A DNA stretch of 64,000 bases from Marsupella aquatica. Its lineage: Eukaryota; Plantae; Marchantiophyta. The DNA is taken from positions 11,530,771 through 11,594,770 of the forward strand of contig OZ316891.1 in the NCBI GenBank assembly GCA_973895155.1. The letters are read 5' to 3'. Below the pieces are notes generated by a model, which was given only the letters and a program-made list of their open reading frames with translations, did no database searches and was not told the DNA's origin. The position numbers and the translations under genes are program-made. Positions 38,931 through 52,101 of the stretch are shown piece by piece; position 1 is the first letter of the stretch, and each line of letters opens with the position of its first letter.

Positions 38931-39092
38931 TAAAGCCCCACTGTCCATGACAAAACTTGGATTCACCAGGTTTCACCATTTTTAGAACCATTTTCCTGAA
39001 ATTGTGGAGCAAAGTTTCATCCTAGAGGACAGAAATGTGAAAAAGTGAGAAGTCTTTGACACTTCTCCTTCTTTATGGACAGTGGTGGTTTA
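38931..39092. mobile_element. About 160-bp MITE, copy 1
   Basis: TIR TAAAGCCCCACTGTCCAT / ATGGACAGTGGTGGTTTA; internal sequence homologous to 56503-56669. Confidence 0.7.
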
Positions 39093-39096
39093 GGGG

Positions 39097-39442
39097 TGTT
39101 GGGTAAAACCAGTGACATGATACAAAAGAGACAAGCAACAAGCAAGCACATCAACACATGAGATAAGTGGGTCACCTTGGTCAAGACTACTTTCACTGAC
39201 TGCTAGAGCTTTACTAAGTTTTGACTACCATAGTCACACCAAGCCTCCAAGTACAAGCTCTCCAAGAATATTCCACCTAGCATCTAGCTTGCTCCCTCAA
39301 CAATGAACACAAGTCTCCAAGAAGAGCACTTCCTTGCTCCCTTATATATGGTAGGAACTAGAGTTGCAGCTAATCACCATTAATTCCTTGCTGTCGATTA
39401 GCCTGAAAGAGATTAACCAAGACCTAAGAGTTAACCCTAACA
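39097..39442 (-). mobile_element. LTR-like unit (probable solo LTR, 346 bp)
   Basis: TGTT...AACA termini; minus-strand start TGTTAGGGTTAACTCTTAGGTCT resembles 55815; no clear TSD. Confidence 0.55.
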
Positions 39443-40861
39443 TGCAAAGAGGGTATTATGATGGGGTACGCAAGAGCCGCGGCTGCTAAAATCAAAGTAA
39501 TCAATTTTCCTCAAGAATACACTTCAACAATGCCCTTCAACAAAGTCATCGAAGTGGTTATGCAGTGGTTACTAATTAGTTAGTTACTATTCATTACTTG
39601 GTAATTTATGAAAACCATTTTTAATCATTGAATCAATTTGTTAAAATTGGAAACTTAACTCAAACAGTTACATTTTAATTTTCAACTTTCCCGCTCGTTG
39701 TTATTTATAAGGTAAATTTTGAATTTTCTTAAATTTTTGTAAATTCACAGGTCTATCCCATTTTGCTAGTCTTGCCAAAAACATGACCGTTGTGTTTGTT
39801 TATTGCTGCAAACATTGTGGTTTGTGTTTGGGGCAAAAACTGTGTTTTTTTGTTGCTGAAAACATCGCTGTTTGTGGTTGTGTTGAAAACCGCTGGCATG
39901 GTGCAAGGAAGATCTCAAACTTAAGGACTTCTCATGGGTGTCTGTAGATTGAAGGTATTTATTACAGACCCACTAAGCAAAGTGTCCTTATTATTGCACA
40001 TCAAAAACTGACCAGCCAGTCACATACTTAGAATAGCATTTAGTGATTAAATAAATTTTTTTGGTTTATCATGGTATGTAGTGATCTACTACACCCTTTA
40101 TTGTCAAGTTTTGATGTCCAATCACTAGGACTCTAAGCAAAACCTGGTTGGGTACATTGCAACTAATGATCTGAGTAATACAGATACTGCCAGGATTTCA
40201 ACCGTATTTGTAAAACTGCCATTGTTTTAGAAATACAAATACAAAATGACATTCAAAGGTTAACCAAGGGTTAATCTCAGTTTGTTCGACAGCAGAGGAG
40301 CATTGTCTGCAGCAAAAGTCCATAGCTCAGGTGCAAGGTTTGCGTGCTTGCCTTTGGGTGTGTGGTGATGGCTTCCAATTTTCATTGTCGAAGGTGCAAT
40401 TCCTTTGTTTCAAGGAGTGATGTTCAGCAGTGTACCTGAACGAAGGGCTTGGGGACATGACAACATTCACGCAGTTCTCCCGTGTATGGAGATGGACCTC
40501 CGGTTCAGAAGTTTCATCCACAAGAACCACACATAGACCAGACAGAGCATCCTTCTAATCAAGATGTGACATGTGGATGTCAAGTTAACAATATTATCCA
40601 GTATTAACCATAGACAAAACCATGACAATTTTACAGATCTTATTTATAAAATGCGAAGGGAAATTAGAGTATATGTGCATATAAAGAAAATGTACATGAA
40701 CATGATATAAATTATATATGATATGAAAATGAATTTAGTCTACTCACATTCAAAGAAGGGGTAGTCTTGCCTGGGCTAGTACAGTGGCGACATCTTAATT
40801 GCTCACATGTTTAGTGGCAATGTACCCGGTTTGAACTTGCCTGTCAAATAGGAAACCGAAA

Positions 40862-41324
40862 AACACCGTCAAAACATCAGGCCATCAACCGGGTTTGGGA
40901 GCAGTCCGGGCCGGGATCGGGAGGGGTTCGGGAGAGGTTTGGTCGAGAAGGGACCAGGTTCGGGATGGGGTCTGGGCCGGGTTTGGATGGGCTGGGGCAG
41001 GGTCCGGGGGGGGGAGCCGTGTCGAGGGAGGGCCGGGCTGCCCCGGGTCAGGAACCGGGTCGGGGGCCGTTCGGGAGAGGGGTCGGGAGCCAGAGCCATT
41101 CGGAGCCGTTCGGGAGCCGTTCGGGAGACTACACCCCAGGCCACCGACCCCCGAACCCTGCCCACTTTCCCCCGCCCTCCAACCCTCGACCCCCGACCGA
41201 CTGAGACCTCGAACCAGGGTCCTGGGGAGTCCGGGAAGGGTCCGGGGGAGTCAGGGGGAGTCCAGGAGAATACGAGAGAATACACATCAAACTGATCATT
41301 TTGGGGCCATCATTTGACGGTGTT
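40862..41324. mobile_element. GC-rich foldback/MITE-like element
   Basis: 12-bp inverted repeat AACACCGTCAAA / TTTGACGGTGTT; G-run-rich left half and C-run-rich right half; GC content far above the flanks. Confidence 0.5.
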
Positions 41325-42109
41325 AGGTGCTAGGTAAGCCATCAACTTGCCAGTCAGGTTAAACCTGACAAAGGACTCTAAGGGGTGAAAATTATTATGC
41401 TTCTTGCCTTGTGTATGTTGTGTGGAGAGGGACTCTTCTGTGTATAGGGTAATGCAGGTCTGGGCGCAGGGTTACTAGGCTATAACCTTGCGTTCGGAAT
41501 ATGAAAAGAAACTGACGGGCGGCAGCCGGGAAGCTTCTTTGAATATTCCGGGAGCAAGTTACACCCTATAACCCCAGCCCTGCCCTGCATTAGCGTACGT
41601 AACTCCTGCCCGGAAAGAGATTACCAGCTCAACTTTTCAGGACACTAGATTATAACTATAGCAGGCCCTTGTAGAAATGGTTACACACCCGTAACCTCTT
41701 CTCCTAACAAGATTTACTTACTCTATGTGGACACCAGAGGGGGGGGGGGGGAGAGGGACTGCTGTACTCCTTTGGCCCCGGCACATGGAACCGTACCTTT
41801 GACGATAATTATGCCGGTACGCCACCAGCAGTCCTTCGTCGTTTTTTTTACGTACAGTAACTACTAGAGCTTCTGCTGTTGGTTGTTGTGGAAACCAAAA
41901 AACGGGTCTGGGCTCGGGAGGACGAATGAGTGCCGCTGGTGAACTTCCTTCCTCCTTCTCAATTCTGATGCTGCGATTGTGCCGCTGAACATCTTCTCAC
42001 TCTGAAATCTGGATTCTGCTGCTGATGCTGCTCGTCTGTTTGCTTTGTTTGCTTTGTTGTTTGGCGAATTGCTGGGTGGATTTGCCGGCTCGTTGTTCGT
42101 TTGTGGAGT

Positions 42110-42925
42110 GAAGGATTCGATCCAGGATCCGCACCTTTTTGTAGGGAATATACATTCGCTCAAACCAGGATTCGCAACATTTGCTGGGGAGTATACTAAT
42201 GTGAGGCACTATTTTGTGGAGTGTTGGAGTGGATTTTGTCGGAGTCCCGCAATTCAGGAACCGGAATTCGCAACTTTTTCTATGGAATATGGATTCTCGC
42301 AGGTCTGCACTGTCTAGAGCACTACTGTGTGCCCTGTCGTAGTAGACGTGTTTTCTGTCCGAGTATCGCAATTGAGGAACCATTATTCGCAACTTTTTCT
42401 ATGGACTAGAGATTCGCGCAAGTCTGCAATGTATAGAGCACTACTGTCTGGAGGACTACTGTAGTGCTGGTGTTGTCCTGTCCAAGTATGGCAATTTAGG
42501 AAGGAGAGAGGACTTGAGGAGGCCAAACGAGAGGGAAAGCGAGACGTTTGGGTTTGTTGTTCCTTTGTGGTTTTCCCTCCTTTGCGATCTTTCATCTTTA
42601 CGAAGGAAACTCGAATTTTCACGGCAGAAAAGCGAGCTAGAGAAAGAGAGAGAGATAGAAACTCGAAACAGAGCAAAGGATTCGATCCAGGAGTCGCAGC
42701 TTTTTCTGTGGAATGTACATTCGCCCGCAGCAGTCTGTACCTGGACTAGAGCACTGAAGTAGTAATGTTTTGTGTCTGATGAGTATGGCAACTGACGTGA
42801 AGCGAAAGAGACGTGTATGTTGTACCTCTCTGTGCTTTTCCCTCCTTTGCAGTCTTTTAATGAAGTAAAATTGAATTTTCACGCTGAAAAGCGAGCAAAA
42901 GAGATATCCTGTAGATAGAAAGACG
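42110..42925. repeat. Nested tandem array (~120-bp units inside a ~290-bp higher-order duplication)
   Basis: ATTCGCAACTTTTTCTATGG...TAGAGCACTAC...GTAGT...GAGTAT(C/G)GCAA units at ~42265, 42385 and 42690, with degenerate copies at ~42112 and 42167; 42535-42665 is duplicated at 42805-42925. Confidence 0.8.
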
Positions 42926-43993
42926 AGGCGGGCCAGAGTCTGGAGGAGCTTTTTGCTTTGGGATCTATTCACTGTAGGCGGGCCAGATCTCGCAAAGATC
43001 CACACGGCGAGATCTGGTTTGCAGAGGAATAAAGAAACCTCCAGCCGTGCGTCCTCCACACTCCAAACGAATGCGAAGTGCATTCGAACGAATGCGGTAG
43101 ATGGAACTCTGGCGGGCTGGAAAGAAAGGTGACGGACAGGGAGGGGAGGGAGCGAGACAAGGGGGTGAGATTGTGAAAAAGGTCCATTAGAGGAGGCCGG
43201 TATCAATCTAAGTGTGCAATGGTTGAATTGGAGATGGAGAATTAATAATAGTTAAGGCGGTTTCGGAAGCAAACCAGCAAGGACGAAAACGCACTGCACG
43301 CCGAACAACATCTTGCGCGTGGCACGCGTATCGGAGTTTCCGACAAGGATTTTTAGCGATGATGACATGAATGAAAGAGCGACAGGCCGTCGATGAAAAC
43401 GAGGAAGTGATTCGAGTTGAAAAGGAGACACGAAGGACAGATGTGGAGATTGTTAGCATGCGCATAGTCAGAGTGCGCTATTTCTCTAGTGCTCAGCTGC
43501 CATGGCAGAATGATATCGATTGTGTAATGTTTCTCTCCACGCGATGAGACTGAGGATGTGTGAAAGCCGTTCGAGCTCTTATTCCGATTGATATTTTGCC
43601 TTCGTTGAATTCGTTGCGCCGGGTTCTTGCCCGCCTTCATCACGTCTGGCCTCCGTACGCCTTTAATCCGAACTACAGCGTCGTAGCATTATTCCCGCAA
43701 TACATTGGCCTCTTTGTGCACTTGGTCTTGAATGTTTCAGCGCATAGGTAGAGAGGTTCGTGGGCTCCCCGAGGCCTCCCTCCTTCCTTCCTTAGGCTCG
43801 TTCTTCGGGTGGCTAGTCATTCTGCATGGGAGCTCGTTGCTCATTCTCCTTCGTGAAGCATAGCTTCACCTCCCGTGTGATTTTCCTGTTTCTTGCGGCA
43901 ACATCTGCTGGCGCTTTGGTATCAACAGTTCGAAATCTCGGCGCTGATGTCTTCTAATCGTCAGAATTCTTGACTCAGTAGCCGACAGGAGTC

Positions 43994-46900
43994 ATGGGCG
44001 AATCAGGATGCTCCTCGGCCGGCGGATTTTGGTCCGGGGAAGAGAAGGGAAAACAGCTTGCCGCCGATGGAAGACATGAGAGCCCTCTGCTGACGGGACC
44101 GGCCTCGAGAATTAACGACGGACGCACCTCGGAGTGGAAACAGCAGGAAACTAGTATAGTTTGCGAGGACAGGAATGGGACAGATAGCAGGACGGTCGAT
44201 TTCGGAAATTGTGATACTGCTAAGAAGAGTGGAGATTCTCTAGATACAGCGACAGCTTCTTCCTCTGGTCCTGACAATCAGAAAGATGAACTTTGGAAGT
44301 CCGTGGAACGTTGCATTTCGGCTTGTACGAAGGGATTTGTCATTGGTTCCGGCTTGCGAGGGGGTCTTGCTTTATTTACCATCCTCTCCCGGTTGAAACG
44401 GAGAAAATCGAGGTAAGACATGACACGAGGATCCAGGATTAATTTATATTTAATTGCAGTCCGACGTTCTATGTTGTTGCTTTTCTTCTCACGTTCAGAC
44501 GCCGAGCGGAACTCTTCCTTTGCAAGATGGTGGCTTAGTTCTGCAACAAGCCACAACCCTCGTTTAGGTCACACAATTATGTAGTGTTGAATTGTTTTTG
44601 TGAGGTGTTTTCTTTCTCACATTCTAGCCATCTCCGAATACAAGGTAACTGCATTGCTTTCGAACTCTGTACGATGGGCCTCAAGGTAGTCCAATCTCGG
44701 GGATCGTTTGTAGAAAGGGTCTGAGCCAGGTCGTTGTATTTCGTAGAACTGAAGGCGCCGACTTACAATTAGCCCCTCCTCACTGTTTCCGGAACTAGTG
44801 AAGCGGAGCTGTCAATAGTTGAAAATGATGACAATTGACGGGATATGTTGGAAGAGTCTTGTTCAGATATGCGCATTTGTTGATTTCCTTAGACAACGAG
44901 TGGCTGGGACATGGTCGTGTGCTATCACATAGATTTTTGTCAACGAACTTGTGTGGAGCTGCCAAACTCACCTTGAGTACAAAAGAGGACTCAATTCATG
45001 CGAATGCATTCACTCACAGCCACAGCGTTCAAACAGCACCTCTTGTTGCTCTCAGTAATTCTTATTGGATGGTGATGCTTGCAGTGTGCCAGGAAAGTCC
45101 GATGCGGACGCTGTTAGAGTTGCTTTGAAGGAGACCCTGCGCTACGGCCTGTTCGTAGGGACGTTCGCTGGCAGTTTCTGTACTGTTGATGAAACAATTG
45201 CAGCAATCGGAGGCGCCCGACGGTTCGTTCCATTCTCTCCGTTTGGTTTCTCTATTCGACTTCGTAATTTTTAAATTCTTTTTTCTTCGTATTGGATTTC
45301 CTGGCCAACTGTAGAAAGGTTCTCGGAATTTGAAAACTCTGAAGCCTATCTGAGTTCTTTGTGTAGTGGCTGGATTGTGATCTGGTACCACCCATAATGT
45401 AAAAAATTCTGATCGTACTCTAGTGCGGTTGCACCGAGGTTTTTGTAATGAGTGTTTATCACTTTTGGGTGACAGCGACATTCTCCTGCATTTTCTCCAA
45501 GGCTTTCCATGTTGCTGCGTTAACTCTGCATATCAACAATTACAGGACTGCTAAATGGCGAGCATTGGTTGCTGGAGCAGTTGCTGGACCTTCCCTCTTA
45601 CTAACTGGCTCTGAAATGCGGCACACAAGCATGGCCATCTACATATTCATGCGTGCCTCAGTTCTTGCCACTCGTTGTGGGATGAAGAGCAAGCGGTTGG
45701 GTTCGATCTGTCGGCCTTTGACTTGGAAACATGGTGACACATTTCTTATGTGTTTATCATCTTCCCAGATTCTGTAAGTCAAAGTGAGCTTGTGTCGTTA
45801 GACTGAAAGGAGTACAGATTTGCTTTAATTGCACTGACCTAGCATGGTATTAGGGAGCGAGAGCTGTCATGTACTTCTAGTTTAAAGGGTATGATGAAAT
45901 ATCTCCCCGACTTCTAATTCCATGGAAGGTGATTTCTAACTACGTCTGTCACGGCAAGTATGCAGGTATGCGTGGATAATGTATCCAAAGAGCTTACCGT
46001 CATCCTACATCTCATTTCTCAACAAACATGGGGGGAAGGATACTTCAATTATCCATGGCATCAAGGCTTTGGCTCTAAAGAAGGGATTGCCTGAAAAGGT
46101 TGCGGCTGTTAACGAACACTATAAGAGCAGGGGTGTCAATATCGATCTCACTTCTGACATCAAAATCCCTTGTCAGGTCGGCCTTTCTTGACCTTACGGG
46201 TAAAAATGTAAAGCCAATGTCAGTCATGTGCCGTTGATTTGTTGCTAGTTGGCAACTATTGTCCAAGAGTTTCCTTGACCTGATTGTGTCTACCCTGCGG
46301 AGGTTCACGTTTGAATGTTTGGTCTAATACTCGTGTAGTGCAAGCCTACAGTACGTTTGACAGCTCTTGGTACTGCTTGCTCACAAACTCTGCAGATGGT
46401 CCATGGAGGTGAAGGTTGCGAAGAACATTTTTTCTCCTTTATTAAAGATTCTTACCTCCGATCACTGCCAGTTTACTTGCCCGTCTATCTCGTGCCTGCC
46501 CTTCTTGTTCATCGTCAGGGACTCTTTGCAAGGTTAGTGTTCAATGCACACTCATAGCTGGCAGATCAATTAAAAACTCTTCTTGTCTTATAATCAGGTG
46601 ATGCTGCACGTTTAATTTAAACTATTGTGACGCTTGAGTTGTAAATTGGCCCACTTATGATATTATTGTAGCTGAATTCTTTCAATTTGCAAGTGAATCT
46701 GATGGATTTTCATTGAAGACGAGTTGCAGTCTTGTCAGACAATTTGTTAACTGGCATTTAGACTGCAACCATAACTTTTTGTGGATGATGCTCAGGGGAT
46801 CGCCTGTGTAGCAGGCATCAGAAGATTAACTAGCTTTCATTTGTCTTATGTTCATATCGCTCGCTTGACTCTCCGATATTTTGTGCTTTTTAATTCTCTT

Positions 46901-48943
46901 TCATGTTTCTCTTGTTCGTTAATAACAAGCCGAATCTCCAGAACTTTGTCAATGCTGGTGAGCAGGTTCAGCCTGTTGGCCAGTGCATACCATCCGACTG
47001 AAAGGAAGATGCGTGTGCCGCATTTCGCCAAAATGCTTTTGACTTAGTTTTGGACCTGGCATGTCTAGAAATTGGCAACTTCTGGACTGCCAGATTCTGC
47101 TTCAACTCTCTTTAGAGTTGAATTTTGATTTTGGTTCTACATTTTCTGTTTTGGTTTTTGTTCAGTGGTTCTATGATTAAATGCATGCTGTTTGCTGGTG
47201 GTACTTGACGAAGGTTTTGAGGAAGATTGCTCTCCTACTGCTGTCTGCTGCTCTGTTGAACGAATGACTGCTGCTTTTCAATTCATAATGCGGGTCATGT
47301 TGATCCAGTTCCTCAGCTGTCACACTCCTGCCTTGTCACATCTCGCGCAATCTGAATCCACCGCATGTCAATGTTTAGGCAAGCTAAACCCAGAATCAAG
47401 ACAAATTGGCAAGGAAGGGATGGAGAACTTGGCTATGAATTAGATATCAAAGGGGATTCGTGTACTCTACCAGATCTCCTCAATTGGAGACTATGGTAAC
47501 TGGACTTGCTGTTCCTTTCCTGATCGGTGATTTTCTATAGCACGTCAGTAGACTAATTTAACACTGAAAACAAAGCATGGAACGGTTAAAGTTTATTATG
47601 GCTGGTCATTCGAGCAAGTGTTCTCGACCAGTAGTGTTTCTATCAAAGCAGCCTTGTTTGTTGCTGTTCGCTAGTCAGTATTCCTGATATAGTTCGTGCT
47701 GGGACGTGCTATGTCGAACCAGTTTCCCCAGAAGAATATCAGTTTTGGCTGTGCATGATGGCTAGTGTAAGGGGTTTTTCAAAATTGCTTGAAATTTGCG
47801 TTGTGCCTCAGTTTCTCAAGGATTGCAACGTCATATGGAGAGTTGTATAGCCAAGAAATCAGGAGACTTTAAGAATTCAGCGCAGTTCACTGATCAATTC
47901 ACAGCGGCTGCAGCATTTCGCCGAAATTCTTGTAACGTTTTCTGGATCAGGGGTTTGTGAAAGCGGGCTAAAGCGAGCCTTCAATTGCCCACCGGTGAAA
48001 CCCCGCGTCCCACGTTTGAGCCTCAGAAATTGCCAGAGGTTCCTACGTGTCCCATCTTGCAGTGCAACAATTGCATTGCTATCAAGGAAATCTTTTAATA
48101 TGCTGACGGCATTCTTTCTTCGGATTTTAAGTAGGCTGGTCGTTAGGGAGTGCTTAGTTTTTCACCCTGGTTTTTGACTGAACCCATGCTGACGCGAAAT
48201 CCTTGTGCAGGCCACTTCCTCTTCTGTCGAAAACTCTTCTAGGAACTGCAAGATCAAGCCTTTTTCTAGCAACATACTGTGCATCCGCATGGTAATTTCC
48301 TCACATATATCGGAGGATCCAGGGCTTTGCTTTTTCCACATGCCAAATGTCTCCGCTGCGATCATCTAGTCTGAAAATTGCATTCATCATACATTTTACA
48401 GGTTGTGGACATGTTGGCTCTTCCGATGTTTTGGAAACTGTAATCCTTCCCTTGTTGCAGCTGGGACTGTAAGTAATTTTTTTGTCTATGTTATGCAATT
48501 TTAAAGCATTCCTTGTAAGGATCTATATGCTGGAATGAGTGAACAAAGAAGCAGTGGCTTTGAAGCAAGCCTGAACATTTCTTTTGCTTTGACAACAGTT
48601 TCCTACAGGATTGGCAGTTCTACTTGAAAAGAAGTCTCGGCGCATGGAACTGGCGCTTTATTGCTTTTCAAGAGCTATTGAGAGCTTTGGTATCTGCGCT
48701 GCAGATTCTGGTTTGTTGAAGAAGCACGAGTTAAGGATTCCTAACAGGGTAGATGTCGTCCTCTTCAGTATAGCTACCTCCATAATTATGCACTGCTATG
48801 CTGAGGAGCGTGAGGTATTCCGGTCCAAATATCTGAATGTTCTGGACTGGGTCTTTGGCATACCCGATCCGCAGAAATCAGCCACTCCATCTAAAGTTGA
48901 ATCAAGCGATGTTGCAGTGGAGATGAGAAATCCCTCAAACTGA
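43994..48943 (+). CDS. TMEM135-family membrane protein; exons 43994-44412, 45085-45222, 45546-45773, 45966-46176, 46396-46532, 48211-48291, 48402-48468, 48599-48943
   Basis: KGFVIGSGLRGGLALF, ETLRYGLFVGTFAG, WRALVAGAVAGPSLLL, YLRSLPVYLPVYLVPALLVHR, GTARSSLFL, LLEKKSRRMELALYC, FRSKYLNVLDWVFG are characteristic of plant TMEM135-like proteins; GT-AG junctions in frame. Confidence 0.9.
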
Positions 48944-50010
48944 GACCTTGTTTCTGGACTGTTCCCATGGAGCGTGCTAAGTCCACCTCTCCACCCTAAC
49001 GGACATCAAACGATGCTCACAAAAGGAAGGGAATGTTTTCCAGGCATTCAGAAGCGTTCCCACCACGCCATCTCAGTAACAGCTCGCTACATTCAGCAGG
49101 GGATATTATCTCCAAACATCATCGGCGACAGATTGTCAATGAGGGTTATTACATCTCATTCTCAGCTGCTGGATGTCTTACTTTGCCATTGGTAGGTCTT
49201 TAGTCAAAGACATCTCACATCCGTTGACAGATACGTCAGTTGGGTTATTTTGTACTTCCGCGGATCAGATTGTCCTTTGTTTCATAGTCAACTTAGAGGG
49301 TAGTCACAGGAAATTGCCCCAACCTGGTTTATTAGTTCAGGCGTCGGCTAAATTGTTGCTTTAACTGCTCTTGCCAAATTAGAGAATTTTCATTCAAGCA
49401 AGGTTGTGGAAAGTTGAGATGAACCACAGTCTGCCATGAATGCCGATATAATTCAATGATCCTTTAGTTTTGACGTGGAGCCTATTTGACTTGGAAACAC
49501 AGCTGAATTAGCTCATGATAGCTTTTCTAGACGTTAAGCCAAGCAACATGCTGCTTGCCTATCCATTCATAAGTATGTTTTGGGTTCATATGTGATAATT
49601 AGATTGAGTAATATGTTAACAGGGTCTTGAGTTTGATGGAATGTTGGGGATCGTCTACTAAAAATTGCATTGGCTTAGACGAGCGAAATAGAATAGTAGA
49701 CGAAAGCTCCCGTGGATCTTCTTTCCCTTTACATGGCTCTCTTCTATTATGAGAGTAGCGATTAATACCTTAGCTGGACCAACATGATGAGCTGTAACCT
49801 GAGAATTCCGGCTCCCCTCCTGGGGCAAGGCTCGTTGGTTAACCCAGCTTTGGCAGAACCAATATCGTTAGCGTCCCAAAGTTTCGTTCCTATGTTTAGT
49901 GGGAGAAAGGGACTGAGCCCTATGACAAATGATCAACTGCTGCTGCCCCACGCATGAAAATGTAAAAACCTGGTGGGTCCAGGTTACCAGGTCAATATGT
50001 TCGTAACATA

Positions 50011-50229
50011 ATGAAACAAAGTAAGTATTTTGTCATGCCACAGGTTCTGAGGACTGTGGCGGTTTAAGGGAGAATACTTCAGTAATACAGTAAAGAAACC
50101 TGCAATTCACAATTAGTAAATATGTCCTTACCATGATGAAACAAAGTAAGCATTTTGTCATGCCACAGGTTCTGATGACTGGCGGTTTAAGGAAGAATAC
50201 TTCAATAGTACAGTAAAGAGACCTGCAAT
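50011..50229. repeat. About 95-bp direct duplication (period 125)
   Basis: ATGAAACAAAGTAAG...ACCTGCAATT at 50011 and 50136. Confidence 0.88.
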
Positions 50230-51751
50230 TGTTGGCAGTGAACAGGTTGGGGGACAGTGGTGGGTTAAGAGTTCGGGGATAGTGGCGGGTTAAGGGTCAA
50301 TAGTACAGCAAAGAGACAATCACAGTCAGTGGAGGGATTAGAGGGAAAAAGGGAAAGAAAGGCAAGGATGGGGAGGGGAAAACATACACAGCTGAGAAGC
50401 GTGTCACAAGGTAAGACATCTTTCAAAGTGTTGTGCAGAGTAGAGCCATACCCAGGTTTCTTGTATTTGTACTTTGTTGGCTCTTTGTAATGGTTCAGTT
50501 TTTTTCTTTTCCCTATTGTCCACATGCACATGGGCATTGGAAACTTACAGCGCAAGGCTATGACAATAAACAATTTTTAAAAACTCCAACAATTCACAAA
50601 ATTTATGCATGATAGTTGTTTGGAAATTTAGAAAGTTACGTGCTTGGAATCTTTTGATGAACCAAAATATAAAATGTTTTTATGGGCCTCATGGGAACAT
50701 CCTTCCAAAATCCCTAGAAGCACATGCAATGACATCAGACTATTGGTCACAAACAAGCATGGATGGAATCAAGCATGACTATTCTTGTTTGAGACAAGAA
50801 AAACATTTAGTCCCCTACTCAAAAACAATGGAAAACTAGAAAGTAGCATTTCAAATAGACAAAGAAATGGGCAGAAAGGGAGTAAAAGAAAATAGCCTTT
50901 GGATGGGTTGGGATTGATATATCAGTGTTTTTTTATAGATTGATTGAATTTTCTATTTAAATGACAAATTTTTGAAATAACAATGGATAGAAACTCTTTA
51001 GCTGCTATAACATTTACCAAGGTAATGTAAGAAACCCTTGGGCCACTATGATAGAGGAGAAAGAAGAAAACACAAGAAACCCTTCAACTACTATGGACAG
51101 AGTAACAAGGGAAACCTACTATGGATAGAGAAATATGATGCATGGACTCTATGAAATGTTACATGGACTCCATGGGCTATATGGAATGTTCTATGGATTG
51201 CATGGGCAGTATGAAATTTTACATGGCTGCATGGACATAGAGGTACCAGGGAACATTCTACATGGACTCTTACCATAAATAACCTCCTCTTTGTCTTCCA
51301 TGAAATTGAATGTGCCTTAATTACCTTAACCCACTTCATTTAGAATCCTACATTTAACATTTGTCCTCCCTTCTCCATATTCAAACATATTCCAACAAGT
51401 TGAATAACATCAAGCTTATATAACCAAGGAGTCCCTCAATCTAATTAAACTATATCACCTAAGTGAGGTCTGCTCATCAGCTCATTGGTCAGGGATGACT
51501 TATGACCAGGTCTCAAGTTCAATCATGACCAGACCAGATCCGCATTCCTGCATGTAGCATGGTTTGCTTTCCCATCTGTCTCTGGTGGGTGTAATGTGTT
51601 ATGCACCACATGCATTTCCAGTACTTGTGTGGGAAAATTTTAAAACTACAATATCTAAACCAGGGGGCTTCCCCCACCTTCAAGCCAGTTGCACTGCTTG
51701 TGGGCTTCCCCCCTGACTAAAAGGTCAGCAATTTTGATTCTCAAAACCTCC

Positions 51752-52101
51752 TAATTAGCTCGGGGGGGGGGGGGGGGGTCACTATATGGAGAGTCATACA
51801 TCATGTGCGACGTTTTAGGGTTTGACCCCCTAACTTATAAGTGAAAAATATTTTTTTCCAAAACTCTTTATTTCTTTAAATTTTGACAATTTTTATTAAA
51901 AAAACCCTAAAAACTTTAAATAAAGTATTTTTACAATTAAATAGGCCTATGTGTTCTTTAAAGTCAACCAGTCAAAAAAATATACCCTATGTGTTCTTCC
52001 ACCAAACTTTGGAAGTCTTCCGCCACACCCATTTAAATGGGCCTATATTTCGTCGCACGTGATGTGCCACTTCCGTGGAAATGACCCCCCCGAGCTAATT
52101 A
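51752..52101. mobile_element. About 350-bp MITE
   Basis: TIR TAATTAGCTCGGGGGG..GTCA...CATCATGTGCGACG / CGTCGCACGTGATG...TGACCCCCCCGAGCTAATTA; AT-rich core; TA-flanked. Confidence 0.8.

Noticed and set aside
41541-42153. P1BS (GNATATNC) phosphate-response motifs GAATATTC and GAATATAC
   Set aside because: Short motif expected by chance every few kb, not conserved across the repeat units, and not near the SPX-MFS start.
42770-42815. CTGATGAG...CGAAA looks like a hammerhead ribozyme core
   Set aside because: Stem II does not pair beyond the first G-C, and no stem I/III with an NUH cleavage site can be formed.
51470-51540. tRNA-like A/B box words
   Set aside because: No cloverleaf or acceptor stem; at most a decayed SINE.
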